Assembly: GCF_001194135.2 (NCBI RefSeq)
Contig: NC_068986.1
Location: forward strand, 41,198,661 to 41,262,660
Length of the DNA: 64,000 bases
Reading direction: 5' to 3'
Origin: Octopus bimaculoides
Taxonomy: Eukaryota
In this document: piece after piece, positions 12,046 to 24,600 of the stretch
Position numbering within the stretch: position 1 is the first letter of the stretch
Layout: each line of letters opens with the position of its first letter
Made by a program: the position numbers and the translations under genes
Notes under the pieces: model-generated
What the model was told of the DNA's origin: nothing
Seen by the model: the letters and a program-made list of their open reading frames with translations, nothing else
Databases searched by the model: none

Positions 12046-12387
12046 TCACAACCAATATGTGTAAGTTATGTGTGTCAGTGTGTAGATGCCTAGACACTTC
12101 AAAGAAATTCATCTTAAGAGTGGCGAACTAGTCATATAGTCTCCCATTCTCTCTATCCGCAATTTTTTTTTTTTAAATTTTACTTCTTCTCGTTTTACAT
12201 CTTATTACTACTATTATTACAGCAATTGTTATTGCAACAATAATTATTTGTATTCCATCATGAAATTCCAGACTCCATTTCGCTTGAAAAGCAATATAAG
12301 AGTAACCGCTAAATGTGTTAGAGTGTATCATTATATTATGTCTGTGCATGTATTTAATTAGATTATGAAATCTGGAACGAAAGGAAA

Positions 12388-12428
<41 letters not shown>

Positions 12429-13232
12429 GAGTCATTCTATGGTAACAGCTTTGTGCTTGTGATGGAAGTATTAAAAATATTTGTAAGTCAATCTCAGTAT
12501 ATTTTTCTACCTGTACTGAATAAAGATACTAATAGCTTTCTCTCTCTCTCTCTCTCTGTCTATAATATATATATATATATATAATTGGGAAATCTATCTG
12601 CAGCTATCTCATTGTGTGTGTGTGTGTCATTGATAAGTCTTTTCCGGATTTGTCAGTCTGTCTGCTTCCACTTAATGTCTGTAATTGTCTATCGTCGTTT
12701 AGATGCGTTGGGTATGTATTAATTTGCTTTTCTTTTGTTTTTGCTATGCTATTGTCGATATATATATGTATATATATTTAAATATGCATTATATATATAT
12801 ATATATGAGAGATATCGAAAGAATTTGTGCATGTAATGAGAAAGTGAGACTAATAGAACTCGACGGTGCAAAAAAAATAAAATAAAAATTAATAAAAAAA
12901 AGAAAAATAATAAACATTCACGTTCTCGAATGCTTCGGTAGTAGAGAGAATAACAGAACAACGGAATACAAAAATGAAACAAACAAATCTTTGCGCACGA
13001 GATTCTTTATTGTTTGTTTGTTGTCAACGTTCTTTCTCACTATTTACTCTTATATTCTTTTGTCAGCTCCACATTCACATTCGCTACTTCCACTATCTCT
13101 CTCTCTCATACACACCCATATAATTATATATATATACACACATTGCTTTCTCTTTCGTATTACTCTAGTATTAATTGTTTCTGTCCAATCCAAACCTCAT
13201 TCATATTTTCATTCTTCCTACAAACACCCTGT

Positions 13233-13251
<19 letters not shown>

Positions 13252-13267
<16 letters not shown>

Positions 13268-13312
13268 CACATACATGCACACACTATATATATGTATGTA
13301 TATACATGTATG

Positions 13313-13343
<31 letters not shown>

Positions 13344-13377
13344 ATGCACACACTATATATATGTATGCATATACATG

Positions 13378-13421
<44 letters not shown>
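13252..13421. repeat. Duplicated compound (TA/CA) microsatellite unit
   Basis: cacatacatgcacacactatatatatgtatg.atatacatgtatg occurs twice in tandem. Confidence 0.9.
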
Positions 13422-13426
<5 letters not shown>

Positions 13427-13602
13427 TGTGTGTGTGTCTAGAGTGTTAGGAGAATAAGCTTGAATGGCTATCAGTAAAGTATTGCTGCTCGTGCTTCCAA
13501 GCACTTATGTTAGACCCCAGTAAAATTCCACCGCTATTACTACCACTGCTACAGTGGGTATCATTACTATAACCACTACTACTACATACTACTACTATTG
13601 CT

Positions 13603-13637
13603 ATGAAGCGATATGGTCGCAATACTAGCCTTCATAG
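13603..13637 (+). CDS. Candidate alternative first coding exon (MKRYGRNTSLH+AG, phase 2)
   Basis: ATG at 13603 open to a strong donor AG|GTATGT at 13638, preceded by a (CTA)n-rich UTR-like leader. Could be a uORF or non-coding exon. Confidence 0.3.
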
Positions 13638-13820
13638 GTATGTTTTTTTGTTTGTTTACAGTATTTATCTGTTGTTTAGTTTATTTATAAAGCTATAGAA
13701 TGTGTTTAATATAGACTGTTTCATCTCTTCTCTCCCTCGTACGTTGCATCCATTTTTCCTCTTCTGTGAATGAGTTTATGTACATACGTAATGTATGGAT
13801 GGGTGGATGTTGACACGCTC

Positions 13821-13851
<31 letters not shown>

Positions 13852-14205
13852 TGTCCGTCTGTCTACTATTCATCTATACACAACCCCTCCCCCACATACA
13901 CAGATATCTCTATTGTCTATGGAAGAACTCTCTCTCGTCACCTCGGTCTCTCTTTAGCAGCTCTCTGCCACATCTTCTTTCTCCTTCCATCACTCTGTCT
14001 ACCAGCTCATCTATTTCTCATCTCGTGCTTTTCGTCTCTAATCTGTCTTCCTTTCTAATCCTTAATCTCTCTTCCTCGTTATTCTGTCTCTAATCTATCT
14101 TCCTCTCCACTTCTCTCTCTACCCTCTGACTTTCTGTATGAACGTGCACACAGCCCAGTTATTCGCCTCCTTTGTCTTGTCTCCATAATTATATACATAC
14201 ATATG

Positions 14206-14253
<48 letters not shown>

Positions 14254-14999
14254 CAGACAATGTATCCGCCCTTTCTATCAAAACTCTTGCTTTGTCTGTT
14301 TTTACCTCTCCCATATGTAAATATCTTATCTTCTGTCTATCTGGATACATACATACATGCATGCATACACGTGCGTGTGAGTATATATATGTGTGTGTGT
14401 GTGTGTCACTTGAATACATTACAGTGTGATATAACAAAGAATATATCTAAAAATTTAAGACATTCCTGTCTCCTTCCCTTTATTTTTTCCTCTCCCCGCT
14501 TTCTCTCTCCCCTATGTCTCCTCTCTCTTTTTCTCTTCTTGCTTCTGTTTCTCTACCCCACAATTGGTTTGTCCACCCCCTCGATGTCACACAATATGGC
14601 TACTTTGGTTGGTTGTCTTGCATTAGAATTACTGCTACTGTTTTTGCATCACAGTTCGCTACCGATGACTAGACTATAGTAGTGTTCTTTGTTCTTGAAG
14701 CTTACTGTTATATATATTCTCTCTTTCCTTTCCTGAGCGTCCAATAATACTATCCATATCACGTCCTCACTTTGTTGTGTTTTTGTGTTTTTTTGTTATT
14801 GTTTTTTTTTAACTATATGTATATATAGATATAGATGCGCGCATTTGATTTTTGTCATTTACATTTCGCGTCCACCACTACCGATATCATAGCTCTCTCC
14901 ACCGTCTGTCAATCTCCTGTCAACAGTAGTTTGGTCAGGTTCTTCGATTACTATTCACTCCATAAATTCCCGAAATCTCTTTTCCATATGTATGTTGAG

Positions 15000-15155
15000 C
15001 GAGGAGACTTATGTTCAAAAGGTTTCCCGTCATGACCATCCCGTCTTTTCTATAATTAGGGACTGCGTTGTTCAGTGTCCCTCTTTAAGACAATAGGCGA
15101 TAGATTTTCAGAAAGATTTGGCTGGTATTTCTATCTTGCCGAATGACCGCCTAGA
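15000..15155 (-). mobile_element. Retroposon family F fragment
   Basis: catgaccatcccgtctttt...atttggctggtatttcta...gaatgacc is the reverse complement of the family F body. Confidence 0.55.
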
Positions 15156-15209
15156 TGTTCCCTTGTCGACTTGAGAATGTGTGTATGTATGTATATGTGT
15201 ATGTGTATA

Positions 15210-15309
15210 NNNNNNNNNNNNNNNNNNNNNNNNNNNNNNNNNNNNNNNNNNNNNNNNNNNNNNNNNNNNNNNNNNNNNNNNNNNNNNNNNNNNNNNNNNN
15301 NNNNNNNNN
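15210..15309. other. Assembly gap
   Basis: Run of 100 N. Confidence 1.
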
Positions 15310-16304
15310 ATATATATATATACGTATGTATATATATATATATACGTATGTATGTATATGTATATCGTCAAAATCTCCTTATGCATGCATTTGTGTTCGT
15401 CTCTACAAGCACTTCACAGATATGAACGAGTAGTTTCAAGATGTTTGGTCAGTTTACCTCAAATTTCATGCTGCTATTTTAAAAAGGAAAGGATACATTA
15501 ATGTAATTTCAGATATCGCTAACCTAGGGGTAAACAACAATTCATCTCTTACTGTTATCTCCTCTCACATTTATGCGTGCGCGCGTGTGTGTATTATATG
15601 CAAGTACACACTGATATATAATGTATATCGGTGTATATTCTTTTAGTTATATATAGATTTTGCATATGAATATTATATAGACAAATATACTTTGCTCTCC
15701 GCAATATAATGTATAAATGTTCTTATACATATATACATTAGATTGCGTGTTCATTGCCAAGTGGAAACTTGCCAGATGTGTATTTTCTCTCCCTCTCTGC
15801 TCATTATGCCCCTCTGTTTTCTCTTTTCCCCCCACCTTCTGTTTCTCTAAAATTCAACAATCTCACTCTTCGCATTCACCTTCTCTTTGCCTGTCAGTCA
15901 GTTCTCTCTGGCTCTCATTCTCTTTTCTGTCTTTCTGTCTGTCTATATGTGCGTGTGCGCGTGTGTGTGTGTATGTGTATGTGTCTCCCCTCCCCCTTGC
16001 TACACGGAAGTAAGTTGATAAATGTTGTAGTAACCCGTAAACGATCAAACCAAAATGACAACAAACATATTGCAACACCACCACCACCGCTTCCCCCTCC
16101 ACTCCCATCACAAACCACCCACACCCATCCATATAGACATTCTTTTCTTTATTTTGTAATAAATTTACTCCTAAGTTGTTGGTGCCCTTTCCCTTTTGAA
16201 AACCTTCTCCATTTTTTTTCTGATAAAGCAAACAATCCCCTTTTTATTTTTTGCTCTACCACAGTCAACTTTTATCACCCCCGTCTTTTATCACTTCTAT
16301 CGCA

Positions 16305-16337
<33 letters not shown>

Positions 16338-16417
16338 GGTATATTCTCAAAACGTAAATCAAAATACATCATCCCGATGCAAATGACAATTTATGTAATG
16401 GAGGAAGTCTGCACAAA

Positions 16418-16538
16418 ATTTGGTTTCAATTTTTGGTACAGGGCCAACAATTTCGGGTGGTGGTTGATATTGCTCCAGTCCTTAACTGGTACTTATTTTA
16501 TCGACCTCGAAAGGATGGAAGGCAAAGTCGACCTCGGC
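16418..16538 (-). mobile_element. 5'-truncated SINE family B with 14-bp TSD
   Basis: Flanked by gaagtctgcacaaa (16404-16417) / gaagtctgcgcaaa (16539-16552). Body tggtacttattttatcgacctcgaaaggatggaaggcaaagtcgacc matches family B. Confidence 0.8.
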
Positions 16539-16869
16539 GAAGTCTGCGCAAATATTAAAAATGGTGCAATTAAGCAATGTTACACTGTTTCAAAAACATT
16601 TAGAATATAGAAAATGTGAAATTGATATGGATTAAATACTTGTTTGGAAGTACAAGACCAGAGAAAGAGTATCCAGTACATGTAATGTTTATTCATTTGA
16701 AGCTAAATGGATGGCTGATTCCACTTGATTCTACTCATTTTCAATGTGCGAGTCTTCAGATGATATATATATTTATATATAGCATATTAATGGCCTTAAC
16801 TTCTGCTTATTGTCGTCTTATAATTAAAAATCACGATCAATATTCTCAGTTTCATGACCGTCATTGTTA

Positions 16870-17098
16870 GATTTTGGACCAACGAAGGGATTTCTATGTA
16901 GTTGACTAACCTGCTAAAAGTAGAAATCTAAATTTCCATTAAAATCACACCCGTACTATCTTAAAAGGTGAAAAACAAAACAACAAAAACATTGGACAAA
17001 GCAGTAATGTCTGATATGCAAAAGATGAGATAGTAATGGCTTGAAAGCTTTTAATCATAGGTTTACTCGATTAGGGCTGACCTACGACTAAACAACAG
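16870..17098 (+). mobile_element. Retroposon family F
   Basis: Homologous to 11820-12045; ends gggctgacctacgactaaacaacag. Confidence 0.6.
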
Positions 17099-17739
17099 TT
17101 TTGTGTACTTTTTGTAATATTGATTTTAGCGTCTTCCCTTTTTTGATTTTCAATAGTATTATCTATGTGTATAATGTGGAAAAGAGCTTATGTCAATTGC
17201 TGAATCGATTCTAGGACTTATTTGGTACCCTTTTCATTGACCTTAGGAGGGATGGTAAAGCAAAGTCTACTCCGTTGAAATTTGAACTCGAAAACCCGAA
17301 TCGCATGCTTTTTCAATTTAGTCCACTTTTCGTGGCATTAACGTTTGCGTTACATTGCCATCAAATCTCAGATTGATTGCTGTTGTATCTTAAAGTCAGC
17401 CCTGTCTTAAGCAAGCAGACGTAATATAGATCACAGACTTTACAGGCGTGACAATTCCGTCCATACCTTTTATTTATTTATTTATTAAAATCGATTTAGT
17501 ACCACATTATCCAATGTGCCTTCGTTTCTTTGGTTGGCTGTGTTTTAGAGACGTTTGGTTGCAGCACACGCGACAGCGTAGAATCTTCGATGGTGGGTGG
17601 ATAATTGTGGATATATTGTTTCTATCAAGAAAATGATTTAAAATGCAATAACAATGAGAAAAATAAGTTGCCTCTTTATGTCCACTCCCAACAGAAAAAA
17701 AAAACTTTATCAAATGATAATTATTGTCTATATATTTGT

Positions 17740-17960
17740 GTGTATTTATATGCATATATTTGTCTGTGTGTGTATGCACATATTTGTGTGTATATGCATA
17801 TAATTGTGTATGTATGTATATCTGTGTGTATATGCATATAATTGTGTGTGTATGCATATGCATATATTTGTGTGTGTATGTATACATATATGCATATGCT
17901 TGCGTGTGTGTGCATATATGTATATGTGTATGCACTTACACACACACACACACACACTCT
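17740..17960. repeat. Compound (TG/TA) microsatellite/minisatellite
   Basis: Directly visible. Confidence 0.9.
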
Positions 17961-18690
17961 TCAATGTTTTTGTTGCCCTTTTCTTTCCTTTTTCATTTCA
18001 CCTGCTGCACCTACCTCCCACTTCCACTCTTTAGCATATATGCTGTTTCATTAGGTTGAGCTAATAGCACGGTAATTTATGCCTTTTGCTTTCCTAATCT
18101 GCTACCTGCCCGATCTTCTCTGCCTGCCTTCCTGCCTGCAATCCTTCTTAAACACGTAGAACACGATTGCAGACTGATGGAGTGGGTCCCTGACATCTCA
18201 CACACACACATACACACACACACACACACATGCGGAAGGGGGAGCTGTGCACAAAAATCATCTGAGCTAAGAATTTTTCATCCATCCTTTGTCACCGTGC
18301 ATATAGACACTCGCGCTTTTACGCGAATGCCACTTCATCAAAGAAGCACGTAATATTGGGCTATGTGCACTACTACTATGTTATTGTTGTCTTTCATTTT
18401 CTAGTCTTAGTAAGTTTGTTTTGGGTTTTGATTTATCCATTTATCTAAAACGTATCTATTCCAGTACTATTTGGAGGATTTTTAATTACCACTTTGGTTT
18501 TGTTTTCGTTTCTCTTATTACACTTACTCTTACTTTGAGTTCAAATCCTGCCACTCCGTGGGCCGCTGACTGCAGTTTGACGGATTTCGCGCATTCTTGG
18601 AATCTATATACAATAAATCTGTTAATTTATTGACGAATTACGTGTAATCGACTTTTTGCCTCTTTATGTATGTATGTGTGTGTGTGTGTG

Positions 18691-18743
<53 letters not shown>

Positions 18744-18964
18744 GTGGGCTTTGATTGGACAGAAAGTCAGTGCATTTCGAAGTGTAGAATGTACCTTGTA
18801 ATGCAGGTCTGATGTAGTGCCACTCCAGTGTAATGAAGTACAAATATTTTGATAGATTTCCACACGAGATAATTTACTTGCAGTGGCGTTAAAAACAGAC
18901 TGGCATTATATACCTATGCACACATACACACACAAGTGTGTGTGTATGTGTGTATATATATATA

Positions 18965-19329
18965 GGCATGGGCGTGGTTGTGGTAAGAAGCTTGCTTCCC
19001 AGCCACATGATTCTGGATTCAGTCTCACTGTGTGGCACCTTGAGCCTTGGGCTGACCAAAGCCTTGTGAGTGAATTTGGTAGATGGAAACCGAAAGAAGC
19101 CCATATATATGTATATATTTATGTGTGTATGTGTCTGTTTTTGTCCCTCCCCCCAACGACTCTTGACAACCGATGTTGTTGTGTTTACATCCCTGTAACT
19201 TAACGGTTTGGCAAAAGTGACCAATAGAATAAGTACTTAGCTTACTTTGACTTAAAAAGAACCCATTAAGGCAGTGCTCCAGCATGGTCACAGTGAAATG
19301 ACTGAAACAAGTAAAAGAATAAAAGAATA
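18965..19329 (+). mobile_element. SINE family A, near full length (tRNA head + CORE-like domain + microsatellite + 3' module)
   Basis: A/B-box-like head (ggcgtggttgtggtaag...ggattcagtctc), then gtggcaccttgag (CORE-like), internal (TA/TG)n and an (AAAAG)n tail. Resembles octopus OR-type CORE SINEs as recalled; needs alignment. Confidence 0.85.
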
Positions 19330-19539
19330 TGTGTATGTTAAAGAAGGATTTTCTGTCAGGACATTTTCACCCAAGGCTGTTTCTGCAGTGGAAGGTTTTC
19401 TCATGTTCAAGTGTACTTGTATATATTGAATGTGATTTTACATGTGCATATTTTATTCTTGTTAGTTTAGTTGGTTAATTCTATCTTGAACAAGCTTTAT
19501 GCAAAACAGCAAACATGTCATATATTATTCTAATATTGT

Positions 19540-19748
19540 TTTCAAATTTTGACATAAGGCCAGCAAGTTTGGGGGAAGGGGCTAGTCAATAAATATCAAA
19601 CCCAGTATTTTATCAGCCCTGAAGGGATGAAAGATAAAGTCAACCTTGGTGGGATTTTGAACTCGGAACATAAAGACTAAAGACGGATGAAATGCTGCTA
19701 AGCATTTTGCCCGGCCTGCTAACAATTCTGCCAGCTCGCTGCCTTATA
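19540..19748 (-). mobile_element. tRNA-derived SINE family B, near full length
   Basis: Reverse complement ggcagcgagctggcagaattgttagc...gagttcaaaatcccaccaaggttgactttatctttcatccc; central domain resembles the Meta/MESC-type SINE domain as recalled. Confidence 0.8.
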
Positions 19749-20025
19749 TTGTTCTAATATTAAAACTCATTTCCTTCTTATCCTGTTGTGAATCACAGAT
19801 TTTGCATTTGTTGTGGGTGAGGCAAAAAAAAAAAAAAAAATGCAGAGATGTGCACAGCCTATAATCCAGTGACATCATTCACATGTTTTTGCATGTCATC
19901 TAAGAGAAGGATTTTCTCCTGGGAGTATTTCTACAGCATCAGGTCTTCTCATGTCCAAGTGTGTTTGGGCATGTTTAATTTAATATGACTTTACATGAAT
20001 ACAAGTGTGTGTGTGTGTATATATA

Positions 20026-20148
20026 NNNNNNNNNNNNNNNNNNNNNNNNNNNNNNNNNNNNNNNNNNNNNNNNNNNNNNNNNNNNNNNNNNNNNNNNNNN
20101 NNNNNNNNNNNNNNNNNNNNNNNNNNNNNNNNNNNNNNNNNNNNNNNN
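20026..20148. other. Assembly gap within (AT)n
   Basis: Run of N. Confidence 1.
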
Positions 20149-20819
20149 TATATATATGCTTATAGTTATATATGTGTATAAGTAAGTAATGTGTCTATGC
20201 ATATCTGTGCACATGTATACATCTGTACATAAGCATATATATATATATATGTATAGTATGTGTGTATATACATATGCATATATATATACCCATGTGTATG
20301 TTTGAATGTGTGTATATATATATATGTGTGTGTGTGTGTGTATGCATGTGTATGTAGTTGTGTGTATGCAGATGGACACACACACACGATATATGTAGTA
20401 ATCCCAAGTTTGCAATTACTAAGGTACCAAGCAAATTGTTTGAATTTTGTCTCTTCTGCAAAAGTACTGTTTATTCGTGTGTCCAAAATGGCTGATTGAT
20501 TGGCAAGGCATATCACTCCAAACATTTCCTCCTAAATACCAAATAGGAAAACCAGAAATTTCACACTAACAGCTTTTGAGTGATCACTTTTTACTTTTTA
20601 ATACAATGTTGGCTTGGAAATCAGGTATTTTCCCTATTCATTATTCATGATCAATATCTTTTTATAGGAGATCAGTAAACCTATTATACTACTCCTCTTG
20701 TTTTTTTTTTCTCTAATGCAATTCATGTGATCACACAAGTAAGCTAGACTTTTTTCTTTATCTTTTTTGAGTGAAAATTTTACTTCTTTACTGTTGTGTA
20801 TACATATATTAAGTGTATA

Positions 20820-21000
20820 CAGGTGCAGTCATGGCTGTGTGGTTAAGAATCTCACTTTGCAACCAAGTGGTTATAGGTTCAGTCCTACTGCATGGCTCCT
20901 TGGGGATGTGTTTTCTTCTTTTATAGTGCTTGTCCGACCTGTGAATTTGGTAGCTAGAAATTGTGTGGAAGCCTGTTGTGTATGTATGTATGTATGTATG
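20820..21000 (+). mobile_element. SINE family A head (degraded)
   Basis: ggtgcagtcatggctgtgtggttaagaatctc...ggttcagtcctactgc. Confidence 0.7.
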
Positions 21001-21039
21001 TGTGTGTGTGTTTGTGTGTATGTATATATATATATATAT

Positions 21040-21200
21040 TTTAATGTCCATTTTCCATGTTGGCATGGGTTGGACGGTTTGACCAGAGCTGCACTAGGTT
21101 TCAGTCTGATTTGTTTGGCTTGCTTTCTACAGATGGATGCCCTACCTAATGCCAAGCACTTTACAGTGTGTGCTGGGTGCTTTTAATGTGGCACTGGCAC
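21040..21200 (-). mobile_element. Retroposon family C, 3' tail
   Basis: ttttaatgtccattttccatgttggcatgggttgg...ggatgccctacctaatgcc. Confidence 0.75.
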
Positions 21201-21429
21201 AGTAAAAATAGTGAATATGGAAGCTGCAACAGAAAATCAAAGTTCATACTTCTTGTACATATGCAAATACCTAAATACTACGGTGCAGTACATTCCAAGA
21301 CAACATGAGTGGAACTAGGAGGAAGACGAGTAACTGAGATGTCTGGAAAAGGGTTGTTACTCATTGTGTTGACAGTACTGGAAGATCTAAGAGCTAAGAT
21401 ATATGTACACACCTACATATACACATATT

Positions 21430-21600
21430 TATATGTGTGTGTATGTTTGCATTTGTCACCCACCAATGTTTAACAACTGTGGTTGGTTTATTTACTTCCC
21501 CATTACTTAGCAGTTTGGCAAAAGTGACTGATAGAATACGTACCAGTCTTAAAAAATATGTATTGAGGCTAATTTGTTTGACTAAACCCTTCAAAATTAA
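21430..21600 (+). mobile_element. SINE family A, 3' module
   Basis: ttgtcacccaccaatgtttaacaactg...gatagaatacgtaccag. Confidence 0.65.
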
Positions 21601-21799
21601 AAATAGCAAAACAACAAAAGTCAAAAAGACATGCACATGGAATGTTTTAGCTTGATGCTCTGTATAAGATGGGAAAAAGAGCAGGTATATAACATTTCAA
21701 GCATGACTCTTTGTTAGAGGAGAAACCAAAGGTCTGGAGAAGGAAAAAAAAAAGTTCCAAGACAAGCATGTGTGTGGTTACATGGCTGAAGTGACTTAA

Positions 21800-22018
21800 T
21801 ATTCTTTTCTACTCTAGGCCCAAGGCCTGAAATTTGGGGGGAGGGGGCCATTTGATTAGATCGACCCCAGTATGCAACTGGTACTTAATTTACCGACCCT
21901 GAAAGGATGAAAGGCAAAGTTGACCTCAGTAGAATTTGAACTCAGAACTTGAAGACAGATGAAATACTGCTAAGCATTTTGCCCGGCGTGCTAACGTTTC
22001 TGCCAGCTCACTGCCTAA
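21800..22018 (-). mobile_element. SINE family B, full length, little diverged
   Basis: attcttttctactctaggcccaaggcctgaaatttggggg...gaaaggatgaaaggcaaagttgacc...ctgccagctcactgcc. Confidence 0.85.
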
Positions 22019-22209
22019 GTGATTCATTATATATAATTAGGCATTGGACAAAATACCTCAGCATTTATTCTGGCTTTTTGCATTTTGTGTTCAAATCTTT
22101 CCAGAGTCAGTATGTGCCAGTCTACCGTGATGACTTGATGTAATTGTTTGAGTGTCTGATAGGATGCTTTGCTCTCTCTCTCTCTCTCTCTGTTCTAGCC
22201 ACTTGTGTT

Positions 22210-22430
22210 TCAAGTAACAATTCTGCTGTGTCCTACTGAAGTGGTAGATTTAATCTATTGTCCAGTTTGATATGACCACCATCTTGTGGTTGGGTCCCTT
22301 TAGCAGTATCTACTTAGTTGCTAGGATCTGTTTGAGGAAACCTTCGTCCTTATTATCAGGAATAAATGGCAATGTCCATCACCCTGCAATGTGTCATGGG
22401 CATTGCCACTTCCCCTGACTAAGCAATTAA
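22210..22430 (-). pseudogene. Possible RTE-type LINE RT C-terminal fragment
   Basis: Minus-strand translation W..HIAG...D.GFLKQIL...GP...W.ID loosely matches the RTE C-terminal GHVARM..R.PKQIL...GRP..RW.D motif. Confidence 0.25.
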
Positions 22431-22479
22431 AAAAAAAAACAACATTCATATATTATCTATTGATATATGATAACCTTGT

Positions 22480-22680
22480 GAAAAATATGAACTTGACCTA
22501 CTAAAAGTAGCAGCCAAAAATTGTTCAAATAACTCACTTTTGTCTTGCAAAACAGGTGAGGTATAGTGGATATAGTCCAGGGTACAGTGTCTGATGAAAA
22601 TAAAGAAAAATGGGATTGTCATAGGTCTGCTCTTATATAGTCCTAGGTCTGACCTGATCTGGAAAACCTCTGATCAAAAG
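22480..22680 (+). mobile_element. Retroposon family F (degraded)
   Basis: gacctactaaaagtagcagccaaa...gggattgtcataggtctgctc. Confidence 0.5.
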
Positions 22681-23615
22681 TGTTGTAGATATGATTAAGA
22701 GGGCAGTGTGATATTTGAGGGAAATTATTCTGCTGTTTCTAACTGATCATGTAGCCATGTAAACACTCCTTCATTAGTTCAACTTTCAAGTGTATGATGA
22801 TTTATATTGTGTGCATTTTGTTTCTCATGCGTACAAGAACCATTATTGCAAAGGTTTCATATAGAGATGACTGCAATTATCAAGAGTTGCTTGGTAAATG
22901 ATTGCACATGTGCATTCATACATACACATAGGCATATGTGCTTATTCACACATGCCCACACACTCATACAACATATGCCTCCACTCTTACATAATATGCA
23001 TACATACTCACTTATGTACACACATATATATATCCAAGTTTACACACATATATTCACTTAAAAATATCTACTCACACATACACACCTGCTCATACACAGC
23101 ATGCAAGTGTACCCAGTATACAAATGTACATGCACATTCACACACACATACAAATCCACTCATACATTCATATATACACAAACAAGCATATTATATCTTT
23201 TTCCCAATGGCAACCAACAAAACTGGTTGGTTGCAGAGATTTATTTATCTTTTTTGTATCTTTTATGGATTGTCATCTAATAATATTGTTTTGTAATTCT
23301 TATTATGAACTGTCATCTAAGAACTACTGTCTCTAACAGTTATTGGAGCTTAACAATATATTAGAATTAATGATGTTCATGCCTTTCACAAGAGCATTAT
23401 ATTTATAATGTGTGAAGTGAAGCAGTAACTTTAAATGAGAATGGAAGCAAACCATATGTGACATTCAAGCTGACTAATAATTTAAGTTGTTTAATGTTAT
23501 TATCACTTCTATTGATGAATCACAGTCTTTTGAATCAGCTTAAATATGTTACTGTCGATTACTGAAGCCAGTGAGAGATCCTCTATAAGATTACTTGACT
23601 TGTTATAAACAGTAC

Positions 23616-24062
23616 TCTTTTACTTGTTTCGGTCATTTGACTGTGGCCATGCAAGAGCACCGCCTTTAGTCGAGCAAATCGACCCCAGGACTTATTCTTT
23701 GTAAGTCTAGTACTTATTCTATCGCACTCTTTTGCTGAACCGCTAAGTTACGGGGATGTAAACACACCAGCATCGGTTGTCAAGCAAAGTTTGGGGGACA
23801 GACACAGACACACATACATATACATATATACGACGGGCTTCTTTCAGTTTCTGTCTACCAGATCCACTACAGTTACTGTAGAGAAAAAAAAAATTCTTTC
23901 TTATCATAAAAGGTGTGAACTTCTACACAGTTTCCATATACCAAATTCACTCATAAAGCATTGGTCAACCTTGGGCTACAGTAGAAGGCACTTGTCCCAG
24001 TGCCATGTAGTGAGACTGAACCTGAAATCATCTGATTGCAGAGCAAGTTTTTTATCTGTATG
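23616..24062 (-). mobile_element. SINE family A, full length with small insertion
   Basis: 3' module at 23616-23850 nearly identical to consensus; head at 23940-24062. Confidence 0.85.
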
Positions 24063-24439
24063 ACCATGCTTACTGAAGAAGGAAAAAAAAGGAGAGGACA
24101 TTGGATAGTGTACTGGTCCTATATATCAATCCTAGTACTTGTTTCAGTTTGGTATTTATTTTATTTATCTCCTTTACTGAGTAGCTTAGTTATCTTTTTA
24201 CCCAAGTTCTTTTAACTGGCCATGTTGTGTTAAAATGTGTCTCTATGTGATGGGTTTCATCACAGATTGTCAACCTGTTTCCACTCACAAGGTGTTGGTC
24301 AACTCAGGTTATAATAGAAGATACTTTCGTAAGCGGGCACACAATAGTCATGTAACTGTGAAGCATATCTAACCCTATGGCCACATCTGTGCCTATGTGT
24401 GATATTGGGTTTCCACAATAAGCCTGAAATGTCTGTCTG

Positions 24440-24600
24440 TTTTCCATGCTGGCATGGGTTGGATGGTTTGATCAGAGCTGGTAAGGCAGAGAGTTGCACC
24501 TGATTTCAGTTTGATTTAGCTTGGTTTCTACAACTGGATGCCCTTCTTAATGCCAGCCAGTTTACAGTGTGTGCCAGGTGCTTTTATGTGGTGTTGGCAC
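24440..24600 (-). mobile_element. Retroposon family C, 3' tail
   Basis: ttttccatgctggcatgggttggatggtttg...ggatgcccttcttaatgcc. Confidence 0.75.

Larger units (their letters stand above)
7800..18900. promoter_or_regulatory. CpG-retaining domain, putative unmethylated promoter/5' region
   Basis: By-eye CpG counts are several-fold higher than in non-repeat sequence at <7.8 kb and >19 kb. Contains candidate first exons and strong donor sites. Confidence 0.55.

Noticed and set aside
12991-23336. Many 60-210 aa low-complexity ORFs (YIYI, THTH, CVCV, SLSL)
   Set aside because: Translations of di/tetranucleotide microsatellites and SINEs.
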